From a virus (taxonomy: Duplodnaviria > Caudoviricetes): DNA of 51,430 nucleotides. The notes beneath the pieces were generated by a model. That model saw only the letters and a list, made by a program, of their open reading frames with translations, made no database searches and was not told the DNA's origin. The stretch is from IMG/VR virus record IMGVR_UViG_3300030333_002795, positions 1 to 51,430 of that record, one strand, 5' to 3'. Of this stretch, positions 1-9,235 are shown piece after piece. Positions within the stretch are counted from its first letter, which is position 1. Every line of letters starts with the position of its first letter. Both the position numbers and the translations under genes were made by a program.

Positions 1-1941
1 ACCGTCTTCGTTACGCTCAAGTTTTGCGTTGTCAGAGTCTATGACCTCTTGAGAAGTCATCTTTCTTACTGAAGGTTTTGCACCGTCCTGCCCTACCATG
101 ACTTCCTGAGTTACTGCTATGTTTATTTGTATAGCCTCTAACTCTGCTTTCTTTCTTTGCAACTGGTTAGCCAAATCAGCAGCAGTTGTTGTTTCGCCAT
201 CTGCTAGTGCTGCGTTAATCCTTTTGTCTAAGTCAGCAATTTGAGCCTCTGCGTCTGCTTCAAGCTCTGTCCAACCGTCAAGTGTCTGCTGCCTTCCTTC
301 AGGAGTGTCTGCTTCTAAGCCTTCAACAGTATCTGCGTAAGTCTCTTGCCAAAACTCTGACTTTGTTTTCTGGGTTGATCTTGAAATGCCAAGCGATGCC
401 TCTAACTGTTTACGCCTCTTGTCAGTTCCCATTCTGTCTACAGCTGCGGCTGCACCTGTCATTGGACCAGACATAATTACACTTAACAAAACGCCAGAAC
501 CAAAAGCCCCAGCCAAATCCATAGTTTCCCATGCAGTTGGGTCAATCTCTGCAAAGCTTCCAGTTTGAAAATATTCAGTAAATGTTTCTGTTGTGCCTTC
601 TGTTGCTATGTTTGCAAGAAACGCTGGAGTCATCTTTACAGCCGAACCACGGAGTCCAGCTCTTGAAGACTGTCTTGCAAACGCATCAGCCATGTCACCA
701 ATTAAAGCACCACGACCAGACTTAGACAAAAACTGTTTGCCACGGTTAGTCTCTGCCAACTTTGACAAACCCTTGCCAATAGCACCAAAGCCAATTAAAT
801 TGCCTAACCCCTCAAAACCTGCTTCATACAGAGCGTGTTCGTTAATTGCTTTTTCACGATCCTCTGTTGAAACTGTAAAGTTTGGTTCTAAACCATTCAA
901 TTCAAGAACAGCGTTTACTTCATGTTCGTATAAATCCATTCTTGTTTGTGCAGCACTCGCACCCATAGCCCCGCCAACAAGACCCGATAAAGTGGTTGCA
1001 CCAACTACTGCACCAACTGGACCACCAACTGCACCGCCAGCCAAAGCACCACCAATACCAGCGACCGTTGCTGGAAGAGACTGAGCAACCATTTCGGCTG
1101 TTTCGCCTACAAACCCTTCTGGTCGAATACCTGTTTGTAAACTTTCGTTTATGCCCCTAAAAGTTTCAGCCCACTCGTTAACCTGCTCTATGTCAAAACC
1201 AAGATCATCGACAAAAAATGACTTACCTAAGAAGTCATCTAAAAACCATGTTGTTAAACCAGTAGCACCTTTAAAAAAACCACTAGCTAAACCTTCTTTG
1301 AAATCGGCAACAATATCAATATTGTTTGCAGTTGCTCGTTCCATTAACTCTTCAAACTGTGGGATTATCTGAGTTTTAGCGGCAAGCATTCCTGCTCGCC
1401 TTGCGGCTTCCATTCTGTCTTGATTGTGAGCTTGACCCGCTTGCGGTTTACGCCAACCATCGCCAGTTAAATCTGTTACAGCCTGACCGCTTTCAATTTG
1501 TTGCCTGTACTTTGCTTTCTGCTCATCGGTAAGATCGTGTATCTTGTGAGAAAACTCTCTGTTGCCTTTTCTAACAATCCTGTTACCAGCCTCAATCTCA
1601 CCCAGATACATAAGGTTTGCAGTTTCATGTTCAGGAGATTTAAGCAGTTGACCAGTATCGGGACGGCGTGATGCCCAGTGACCACTAGATATGTCGTAAA
1701 GTGATTCACCAGTTTTACGCATATACTCAATAGCCGAAGCGTAATCGTAGTCTTGATCTTGACCAGACTCGATAGCCTCTCTTGCCATGCTTATAGCGTT
1801 GCCAAGCATCTCACGATAACTAGCAGCATACTCCGCTTTCCGCTTGCTTACATCTATTAAATCGTCTAAGAATCCTAGTTCGTTATCACGCTTAGAAAAA
1901 TTTTGCAAGAAGCTTGTGTCTATGGGATCGCTTTGAGCCAT
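1..1941 (-). CDS. Large DNA-ejection/internal virion protein, module 1 (partial, runs off left edge; paralog of the 5462-aa protein)
   Basis: Not in the ORF track. ATG at 1941 translated by hand: MAQSDPIDTSFLQ...DYDYASAIEYMRKTGESLYDISSGHWASRRPDTGQLLKSPEHET...GEIEAGNRIVRKGNREFS. This matches DYDYESAADAMEETGALLYDKESKHFSSR...LLKAPGHET...GENEAGYQIVRKGNREFS of 28288..44676. It also shares the Gly-rich hydrophobic LPATVAGIG segment. Confidence 0.85.
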   Translation of the reverse strand, partial: MAQSDPIDTSFLQNFSKRDNELGFLDDLIDVSKRKAEYAASYREMLGNAISMAREAIESGQDQDYDYASAIEYMRKTGESLYDISSGHWASRRPDTGQLLKSPEHETANLMYLGEIEAGNRIVRKGNREFSHKIHDLTDEQKAKYRQQIESGQAVTDLTGDGWRKPQAGQAHNQDRMEAARRAGMLAAKTQIIPQFEELMERATANNIDIVADFKEGLASGFFKGATGLTTWFLDDFLGKSFFVDDLGFDIEQVNEWAETFRGINESLQTGIRPEGFVGETAEMVAQSLPATVAGIGGALAGGAVGGPVGAVVGATTLSGLVGGAMGASAAQTRMDLYEHEVNAVLELNGLEPNFTVSTEDREKAINEHALYEAGFEGLGNLIGFGAIGKGLSKLAETNRGKQFLSKSGRGALIGDMADAFARQSSRAGLRGSAVKMTPAFLANIATEGTTETFTEYFQTGSFAEIDPTAWETMDLAGAFGSGVLLSVIMSGPMTGAAAAVDRMGTDKRRKQLEASLGISRSTQKTKSEFWQETYADTVEGLEADTPEGRQQTLDGWTELEADAEAQIADLDKRINAALADGETTTAADLANQLQRKKAELEAIQINIAVTQEVMVGQDGAKPSVRKMTSQEVIDSDNAKLERNEDG

Positions 1942-1959
1942 TGTGTAACCTTTAAATTA

Positions 1960-3729
1960 TTACTGAATTAAATCACCAAGTGCTTTAAGTTGAGACGCTA
2001 TAGATTCTGCGTTTTTATATCGCTCTTTTTCTTCATCTGTAGCATCGTCAGCTAAACCAGCCCTTAAGTAATTTCCATATGCGTCTAAAGCTGATACATA
2101 ATCATCGTCTTCTACACTGCCTTCAGCTTTAAAACCTAAAGCTTCTACTATTTTAGTAGCCTCTGATTCTGCTGTTCCAACAGGGTCGCTTGACTCTAGT
2201 ACATTTAACTGTGCTTCTAATTCAATCGCCTTATTATCAAGTTCGATGTAGCGTGAATCAGCTTCATAGCCTTTTTCCCTCATTTGGAACAACTTGTCTT
2301 TGATTTCATCCAGTTCTTTTTTCTTGTTTTCTATTTTTTCTTCGTTTGCAGATTGTGCTTCTATTGTTCTATCAATTGCACTCATAACGGCTTCGCCTCT
2401 TTGCTTAGCATGAGCACCACGAACTTGGTCTGCACGAGCAGTTTCTACAGGAGACGCTGCGTCACGCTCCCAGCTTTCAACAACGCCGTCTTTATTGCGA
2501 TCTAAAGCCATCTCTGATTTGGCTTGTTCAATATCAGCTTTAATCAAGTCTTGATTTAGTGGAAGATTAGAATCTAATTGCTTTTGCAACTCATCAACTT
2601 TTGCTTGCAGTGTTTGAATCTGAATCGCTTCCCCGTGAACATTGTAGTAACTGTTTAAAGCCGTAACAATGTCTGGTAAGTCATCCTCTGTTAAAACACC
2701 TTGCCAACCTAATGACGCAGCAACAGAGTTTAACTGTGCAAGCATGTCACCGCCTTGGCTTAAAATTGAATTGGGGTCAGCCGCTGGATGCGGGAAGTGA
2801 TACGGCGTTCCGTCTACCCCACCCATTGACAAGTATTTAATCCAAGCCTTGTACGCTTCCATTTTCATAGGACCAAGAGAACTAGGAGATAGCAACGCTT
2901 GCCTTCCAGACTTTGGACCATAGGTTGCTGCACCTATACCAGCATGGTATTTGCGTTCTGCGTGTGTCATGTTTGCAGCAGCTACATCTGGGTTTGCTTG
3001 AAGATTGTTTAATGATTGTTGGTAAACAGCGTTAGCATCAGTTAACCCCTGTTGAAGAGTCTTAGTAAAAACAGTAGACCTTTGATTAGCGTTGTTTAAC
3101 GCCTCATTCTCTAACTGCATTTGAACATCTGCCATAGCCTTTTCTTCATCCCTTCTTTTGTTCTGAAGATGCGTAACTAGCTGACTCATGGCTTTATCAG
3201 GGTCTTCTTCAAACCTTGACCTAAGCAAAGCTTGATAAGCAGGATCGTCTACTTCATCTAACGATGCGTCAAACTGGGGCTTAAGTTCGTTCTTTTTTTC
3301 ATCAAGAAGACGCTTCTCTTCTACATGCATAGCAACACGTTGCCTGTTTAATGAGCGAGCTTCTTTCATACCCATCCATTGAGCTGTTGTTACTTTATGG
3401 TGTTGCACTTGACCAAAATCATCTAAATAAATTACAATTGGCTCGCCTATGTCACTAGAGCCTAAAGTCATATGCTCTAAACCAACAGGGTTGCCTGATT
3501 TAATAGATGCCACAATTTCTGATGCAGAAAGCGGATGGGAGCCCATAACCCTAGGGTCAGCTAGTAACTCTGCTCGCCTAAGCATTTCATTTCCATTGCT
3601 TTCAGGTCGCTTTATAGTCTCAGGGATTTCCTGACCCTTGTTTACTCCTGAAGCTATACCATCTACTACTGAAGAGTCAATGCTACCTGCCTCATTTGGT
3701 GTTAAACTTTCTGGTGGTGCCATGTTCAT
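1960..3729 (-). CDS. Putative ejection/internal virion protein, module 1 (589 aa; paralog of 44676..46217)
   Basis: Helical and acidic. Lies directly upstream of the large ejection protein. Shares EP-x-I-xx-DD-x-G, QWM/KWM, YKxW and GWQ motifs with the 513-aa ORF. Confidence 0.7.
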   Translation of the reverse strand: MNMAPPESLTPNEAGSIDSSVVDGIASGVNKGQEIPETIKRPESNGNEMLRRAELLADPRVMGSHPLSASEIVASIKSGNPVGLEHMTLGSSDIGEPIVIYLDDFGQVQHHKVTTAQWMGMKEARSLNRQRVAMHVEEKRLLDEKKNELKPQFDASLDEVDDPAYQALLRSRFEEDPDKAMSQLVTHLQNKRRDEEKAMADVQMQLENEALNNANQRSTVFTKTLQQGLTDANAVYQQSLNNLQANPDVAAANMTHAERKYHAGIGAATYGPKSGRQALLSPSSLGPMKMEAYKAWIKYLSMGGVDGTPYHFPHPAADPNSILSQGGDMLAQLNSVAASLGWQGVLTEDDLPDIVTALNSYYNVHGEAIQIQTLQAKVDELQKQLDSNLPLNQDLIKADIEQAKSEMALDRNKDGVVESWERDAASPVETARADQVRGAHAKQRGEAVMSAIDRTIEAQSANEEKIENKKKELDEIKDKLFQMREKGYEADSRYIELDNKAIELEAQLNVLESSDPVGTAESEATKIVEALGFKAEGSVEDDDYVSALDAYGNYLRAGLADDATDEEKERYKNAESIASQLKALGDLIQ

Positions 3730-4148
3730 TAAAAACCTCCCAACTGCGAAATTGCACGAGCATTGTTATTTTGCTTGTTTGCCATATCTAAAACCTGTTG
3801 TACTTCAGTAGGGTAATTCATAAAAGCAGCTACCCCATCTGCTAAAACAAAGTTGTTATATCCACCAACATTTATTCCAATAGTGTCAAAGTAATCCGCT
3901 AGTTTTTGCTGGTCAGCCGCCACTGCTTCCTGCCACTGCTTAGTGAGTTGTTCATTTAAGTCTCTGATACGCTGTTGCTTTACTTCATGCTCAGCCTTTT
4001 CTTCTTGAAGCTTAGCATCCAACTCGCGTCTACGAGCATGCCGTTCAGCAGCAGCGCTCTCTTTTTCAAGACCACTCGCTTCTGGAGCGTTTGACATTGC
4101 AACTTTAGCAGCCCCTCCGACCGCGCTTGCTATTGAACTCCAATCCAT
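3729..4148 (-). CDS. Hypothetical small virion/ejection protein, module 1 (139 aa)
   Basis: ORF coupled to the next gene by TAATG. Amphipathic N-terminus MDWSSIASAVGG, then coiled coil. Positional counterpart of 46214..46558. Confidence 0.6.
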   Translation of the reverse strand: MDWSSIASAVGGAAKVAMSNAPEASGLEKESAAAERHARRRELDAKLQEEKAEHEVKQQRIRDLNEQLTKQWQEAVAADQQKLADYFDTIGINVGGYNNFVLADGVAAFMNYPTEVQQVLDMANKQNNNARAISQLGGF

Positions 4149-4150
4149 TA

Positions 4151-4279
4151 TTAGCCCCTATTTAAAAACGCTTTTACACGGGCACTCAACCCAACTCCTG
4201 CACAGAATGAAAGAGCTGCGATAAGTGCTGTCCACCAAATTGTTCCAAAAAATCCACTAACTGATGCTAAGTATTCCAT
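4151..4279 (-). CDS. 42-aa single-TM membrane protein, module 1
   Basis: Below the ORF-track cutoff: MEYLASVSGFFGTIWWTALIAALSFCAGVGLSARVKAFLNRG. Fills the gap between neighbours exactly and has a conserved paralog at 46560..46706. Confidence 0.8.
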   Translation of the reverse strand: MEYLASVSGFFGTIWWTALIAALSFCAGVGLSARVKAFLNRG

Positions 4280-4765
4280 ATCAATAACCTCGTTTCCTTA
4301 GTTTTTTTCTTGCTGCTTCGTATGCATGATCACCACCTCTGCGTGCAGCTACTGCTTCAGATGGTGTTACTCTGTTTGTGTTTACCTTAAAGTCTAGTTC
4401 TGCTGAACGCATAGCACTCTTTGGTATAAACATTCCCATTGCCCAGAAAATACGCTTAATAAAATGACCCACACCCAGATGCCACACTAAGAATGTAACG
4501 CCCAGAATTGACGCAGCGATAAACGCTCGATCAATTAAGTTCGCCCACCAAGGAGTAGCGTCCCTAACTTTAGGCAAAGTCATTTGTATATCAGATGCGA
4601 GTTCTACTATTTCTTCTTGCTTCTCTATCGCAGACAAAGCCTCACCTTCGACCACCGAGAAGTCATTAGCTTCCATAATGACCTCAAGGTGACCAATGGT
4701 GTCCGATGCGTTACTGCGAATCACTTCGCTGTTAGCACCTATCCGCTCAACTTGTGAACATCCCA
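4221..4765. repeat. Near-identical direct repeat, copy 1 (copy 2 at ~46645..47190)
   Basis: Perfect runs: 4221..4270 = 46645..46694 (50 bp), 4276..4319 = 46703..46746 (44 bp), 4677..4742 = 47104..47169 (66 bp). Confidence 0.9.
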
Positions 4766-4805
4766 CAAGAAGAGTTATGGAGAAGAATAGAGAAATTCGT
4801 TTCAT
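4281..4805 (-). CDS. Lipoprotein with C-terminal TM helix, candidate unimolecular spanin, module 1
   Basis: Signal peptide plus lipobox LLVG-C, ~65-aa helical segment, TM AFIAASILGVTFLVWHLGV and a basic tail. Confidence 0.6.
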   Translation of the reverse strand: MKRISLFFSITLLVGCSQVERIGANSEVIRSNASDTIGHLEVIMEANDFSVVEGEALSAIEKQEEIVELASDIQMTLPKVRDATPWWANLIDRAFIAASILGVTFLVWHLGVGHFIKRIFWAMGMFIPKSAMRSAELDFKVNTNRVTPSEAVAARRGGDHAYEAARKKLRKRGY

Positions 4806-5011
4806 CCTGCCCCCTTCATGAGCAGGCTTATTAGAGTTACTGCCAACCCTGCCATCCCACCAATTACGGCAGACTTGGCTTGTAAGACCCAGACATTCTT
4901 CTCAATGTGTCTGAGCCTTGAGTTCATATCAACTAACTCGTTATCAATAGAATCTAACCTATGCAATACTAGGTTAGCATCTTTTTCCCAGCTTGTGTCT
5001 TTATCTGTCAT
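4802..5011 (-). CDS. Holin-like small membrane protein (coiled coil + C-terminal TM, XhlA-like architecture), module 1
   Basis: RLDSIDNELVDMNSRLRHIEK coiled coil followed by hydrophobic VIGGMAGLAVTLISLL. ATG 5011 is preferred over the track start because it abuts the upstream stop. Confidence 0.55.
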   Translation of the reverse strand: MTDKDTSWEKDANLVLHRLDSIDNELVDMNSRLRHIEKNVWVLQAKSAVIGGMAGLAVTLISLLMKGAG

Positions 5012-5012
5012 A

Positions 5013-5825
5013 TTAGAACCCAAATCCACCTAGTAGACTACTAGCAAAGTCTAGCCCTACACCCACGTTACGTTTTGCTAAATCAATGTGTCTGCCAGCC
5101 CACTCACTCCTGAATTGTACACCAAGTTCTTCAGCGCCCAAACGCCTTCCAGCCCAGTTACCTCTTAAGCTTGCAAGACCTTCTGCAAACTGTCCCTGTA
5201 AGCCAGACTGACCGCCTATTCTCCATTGGTCAAAGTTTGCCATATCCATACCCTGACGAGCAGTAGTAGCAGCATACCTTTGAGCGTAATCAGTTTCAAC
5301 GCCAGCTTCTGCCAAGCCTTGTTGCACCCCAATAGCACCCATCATTTGATTGCCCCAACTTGTGTTAGACAACCCTTGCATAATGTTTTGAGCACGGGTT
5401 TGTCCACGTAGCTCTTGGAACTGTTGACCAACAGCTTGCAACGAAGCTTCTTTACCAGTATCCAAGAAGCCCATCTCTTCAGCTTGGCGTAGTTGCAACT
5501 GTTCTCTGGCTTGCATTGTGCTTTGTTCAAAGAAGTCAAGCATCTCACGGTATTGTGACTGATAGTCTCCTAGTGTTTGCTCTTGCATTCCACCTTCGCC
5601 AAAGATGTCTTCCCAAGCATCTTCCCAAGGTCCCATGACATACTGCTGTTGGGCGTTAATGGCATCTTCAATATCGTCACCACCAAAAAACCCGCCAATT
5701 GAACCAAAGAACGCATATTGCATCCAAGAACCGTCACCCTCTAGCATGCTTTTAACTGCAAACAGAATAAACGCAAGACTAATTACTGGTGCAATGTGTT
5801 TAATAATCTTATGTAATTTTCCCAT
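5013..5825 (-). CDS. Putative DNA pilot/ejection protein, module 1 (270 aa)
   Basis: Directly follows the nozzle gene. Q/A/G-rich helical body with Gly-rich amphipathic ends, as in podovirus small ejection proteins. Paralog of 47448..48245. Confidence 0.6.
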   Translation of the reverse strand: MGKLHKIIKHIAPVISLAFILFAVKSMLEGDGSWMQYAFFGSIGGFFGGDDIEDAINAQQQYVMGPWEDAWEDIFGEGGMQEQTLGDYQSQYREMLDFFEQSTMQAREQLQLRQAEEMGFLDTGKEASLQAVGQQFQELRGQTRAQNIMQGLSNTSWGNQMMGAIGVQQGLAEAGVETDYAQRYAATTARQGMDMANFDQWRIGGQSGLQGQFAEGLASLRGNWAGRRLGAEELGVQFRSEWAGRHIDLAKRNVGVGLDFASSLLGGFGF

Positions 5826-5833
5826 ATCTATCC

Positions 5834-8800
5834 TTACGATGCTATCACTGAACGGTATGGACCGCCTTGTTCTAAGCTTATAGCTAAATCCTCAAGAACC
5901 CACATAGTTCCAGAAGCTGTTATTTCTACTTGGAAATCACTTTCCCTTTTTCTTACCCTAAACCTATTGTTACGCCCTCTATTCAATGTCCAACTCTGTA
6001 GTAAGCGTTTGGTTGTTGCGTCTTGTGTTGGGTCTACAATAACGGAGCTTGCTGTAAAGTTACTTGGTAGGATCTCAACAGAGTTCCAAGTTGACAATGA
6101 TAATGATGCTGTTTCTTCGTCAGCCATGTAAAGAGGAGGAGCGTTGTCTCCAGCACCAAACACTGCCCAACGCCCATCAAAGTTTGAAGACTCTGAAGCT
6201 GAAGTGTTACCGCCCATGCGAACTGTATAAGAATTAGACCGTGACCACTTCTTCATAGAGTCGCTTGATGCAGAGTCGTTTAATGTATAAGTGCCTGTTA
6301 CATCAGCGGCAGAGCCACCGTTAATAAACTGTTTCCAGTTAGCGCCTGCTTCCAATGCAAATGTTTCGTCTTGTATATCGTTGCTATCTATAGCAGTACC
6401 AGTAAGCGTCAAACCAGTAAGCAAGTCAAGACCATTCCAATTATCAGACATACGCAATACCATCTTTGCTTCAGATGAGTCAAGATACGGGTCTTCAGTT
6501 TTTATGTTAAGAAGACCTGCTTGATAATTCAAATCAATACTCTTTTTAACACCCTTCATTATTGCTAACAAATTGCCGTTTGCATCTGCACAACCTATAG
6601 AAGACGCAGTAGATGCGTTGACCCCTAAAGATGAATCAAAGGTTAGAGTTACCGCTGACGTGCCGCTTGCCAAATCATTCAATACAATTGTCTCATTGTT
6701 CAAGTTTGAGATAGAACTATCATGCAACGAGATAGTCGCTTGTATAGCTGGTCTATACTCAGTGCCAACCGCAGTAATGCTTTGACCACCTACAAAGACT
6801 GAAGGTATTGTGACTGAACTTGCTATGGTTTCTGTTATTGGTCTATTGCCTCCACGACCATCAACAGCCTGAATTATACGTAAACTCTGAGCTCCATTAG
6901 CAGCAGCTCCTGCCGCGGGGTCCACAAAAGTAAAGACGCTACTTCCCCCAGCATTGTGTCCGTTAGCGTGATTGATAGCCGCCTTAAGTTGAACCAAGTA
7001 AGTGTAAGCGTTGGACACACTTCCCGTTGTGTTTATACCAACAGCAATGCCACCAATTAACGCATGGTCAGCTGGAATAGTTCCGCTTCCGTAATCGCTA
7101 CCTTCTGCTAAGACTGTGCCTGTTGCTACACCGCCAGCGTTAGTGTCAGTTACTACATAAGTCTTTGTCACACCCGCTGTGCTTGTTATTGTTATGTATT
7201 GTAGTTCTGCTATACCGTGGTCTATTGCATCACCATCGGCAACAGTAATAACTGCATACGCCTTTGCATCTGCGTTACCCGTGTCAATGATAGCTGATGG
7301 GCTGTACGGAGACGAACTGCCCTCTTCAAGTGTTGCAACACCACCATCAATAACAAGCTCAGTCTGAGTTACCTTAATATCGCCACTAACGCCAGAAAGT
7401 ATTTGAGCCATTTCTGCACCATACAAGTTTAATGTTGGTCCAGCTGGCGTAATGCCATCAGTTGCAGTTACCTCGTTCCTGTCTAGCAAAACGTCTAATT
7501 CAGTCATAAGTAAACGTTGATTAGAAAGACCAGCGTTTATCGGTGCCCAAGCTATCCTGCTTTCAAAAGTTTCTTTCGCATCATCAGGAGAGTTGTTAGA
7601 CGCTGATTTTAATGGGCTTGTGTGAGATCCACCGTCATACGCTAAAACACCTGAATTTGGTTGAGTAGTAATTCTTCCTGACTTGCAGCCTATCCAAAGA
7701 CCTTCACGCTCACCAGATATAGGGGAGTACAAACAAGTTGTTCGCACTACGTCCATTCTGGGGTCAGACACTTTAAACGTCCACCATGATTGCGTAGCAA
7801 TATGATGCATGTAATGAACTACATTTAACGGATCAGCCTCTCTATTAACAAACAATAGAATTGTGCCACGCGGTGGGTCATAAGCCAAGTGTAAGTCAAC
7901 TTCAGAAGAGTTAACACCACTAAAGAAACCATCAAGCCTACCAGTAGTAATGCTTTGACCACGCTGAATGTTAAACTGGTTAGGCTGAATTAAATAAACG
8001 CCATCGCCACTAGCAACGTAACAACTCTTTTCTGGTCCTTGACACCACGCATCAGGTCCCATTACACCCACGCCATTGCTCATGCGTATCATTTGTGCGC
8101 CAGTAGTTACAGGGTCAGCAGTTAGATACGTCAATGTACCTTTGCTTGCCATCATCAAACCCGCTTCACCGAACGGGAATATCGCTGTAATAGGTTCACC
8201 CAACACACCAAACTCAGTAGAACTATCACCAGCCTGAGCATCGCTTGATGACAAAGCTGTTGGAGTCCAATCTTCTGCGTCACCAATCTTGGACATAAAC
8301 CAGTTGTTAGGACTAGAACTAATTCCAGCCATAACAATTCTAGCACCAAAACGTGTAATCAAATTACATTTGTTGCCATATGCATCAGTAGGCATTCCAC
8401 CTGTACCGTTGTAGTTAGTCCACTCTTCTATGACTGGTGTTGTAGCAGATAAATCTATCTTGTAATACTGACGACCTGTAACAAGGTACACAACAGTACC
8501 GTACATAGCAGCTCTAACTGTATCACTTGGGTGTATTCTGTTTTGACCAGCAGCGTATGCAGCCCCGCTAAAGTTCGTAATTGTAGCGTTGTCTAAATTA
8601 CCTGTAATATCAGTATTGCCCGTAGATGACGCAGAACCAGCATCTTCTTGAGTTATGGTAACAACAGAGCCTGACGCTGAAGCGTTTAAATGCGCATTAC
8701 CGTCTAAACAGGTTGCAAGTGCTGTGGCATGAGCATCGGTATCTGCACCAGTATTCAAAAAAGATGGAGTATCATCATCACCAGTTGTTGTGCTGCCAGT

Positions 8801-9235
8801 ATCTATAACTGTTGCAACAATAGTGTCGGGAGCACCTACATCGTTTGGAACAATGGTCAATGTTTTACCAGTTGTTGGTGTTCCTGTAAACGTCACCGTT
8901 GCAGTTGCAGCTGCTGTGCTGTAAGCAATATCATGCGTGTTACCGTCACTGTCAGCGTAAAAGACTGAACCCCCAGCAACTATAAGAACCTCTCTAAGCA
9001 GTGAAGTATCTCTGTACACTTCATACTCAAGCAAGCACTGTACGTTTAGGTCATTGTTTACACCCATATCTGCAACTGCTGCAAAGCCTTGCCTAGTTCC
9101 AATCCTTCGCCTGTGCTCAAAGTTATCCATTGGGACAACGTTCATCATAGACGTACTAAACCCATCTGCTCCGTGCTGATGATTCAAGCTGTCGGAGTAA
9201 CCGTTAATCGGGATGGGCATCTGGGCTGTTGGCAT
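5834..9235 (-). CDS. Tail nozzle/stabilization protein (T7 gp12 / P22 gp10-like beta-propeller) with three inserted domains, module 1
   Basis: RIVMAG...NWFMSKIGDAEDW, LGEPITAIFPF, GVGVMGPDAW, LAYDP and C-terminal FQVEITASG..WVLEDL. Lies after the adaptor and fiber genes. Confidence 0.8.
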   Translation of the reverse strand: MPTAQMPIPINGYSDSLNHQHGADGFSTSMMNVVPMDNFEHRRRIGTRQGFAAVADMGVNNDLNVQCLLEYEVYRDTSLLREVLIVAGGSVFYADSDGNTHDIAYSTAAATATVTFTGTPTTGKTLTIVPNDVGAPDTIVATVIDTGSTTTGDDDTPSFLNTGADTDAHATALATCLDGNAHLNASASGSVVTITQEDAGSASSTGNTDITGNLDNATITNFSGAAYAAGQNRIHPSDTVRAAMYGTVVYLVTGRQYYKIDLSATTPVIEEWTNYNGTGGMPTDAYGNKCNLITRFGARIVMAGISSSPNNWFMSKIGDAEDWTPTALSSSDAQAGDSSTEFGVLGEPITAIFPFGEAGLMMASKGTLTYLTADPVTTGAQMIRMSNGVGVMGPDAWCQGPEKSCYVASGDGVYLIQPNQFNIQRGQSITTGRLDGFFSGVNSSEVDLHLAYDPPRGTILLFVNREADPLNVVHYMHHIATQSWWTFKVSDPRMDVVRTTCLYSPISGEREGLWIGCKSGRITTQPNSGVLAYDGGSHTSPLKSASNNSPDDAKETFESRIAWAPINAGLSNQRLLMTELDVLLDRNEVTATDGITPAGPTLNLYGAEMAQILSGVSGDIKVTQTELVIDGGVATLEEGSSSPYSPSAIIDTGNADAKAYAVITVADGDAIDHGIAELQYITITSTAGVTKTYVVTDTNAGGVATGTVLAEGSDYGSGTIPADHALIGGIAVGINTTGSVSNAYTYLVQLKAAINHANGHNAGGSSVFTFVDPAAGAAANGAQSLRIIQAVDGRGGNRPITETIASSVTIPSVFVGGQSITAVGTEYRPAIQATISLHDSSISNLNNETIVLNDLASGTSAVTLTFDSSLGVNASTASSIGCADANGNLLAIMKGVKKSIDLNYQAGLLNIKTEDPYLDSSEAKMVLRMSDNWNGLDLLTGLTLTGTAIDSNDIQDETFALEAGANWKQFINGGSAADVTGTYTLNDSASSDSMKKWSRSNSYTVRMGGNTSASESSNFDGRWAVFGAGDNAPPLYMADEETASLSLSTWNSVEILPSNFTASSVIVDPTQDATTKRLLQSWTLNRGRNNRFRVRKRESDFQVEITASGTMWVLEDLAISLEQGGPYRSVIAS

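Noticed and set aside
282-1730. Short track ORFs at the left edge (e.g. 593..1084 +, 1476..1730 -)
   Set aside because: They are shadows of the long minus-strand ORF starting at 1941, which the track missed because it has no stop in the window.
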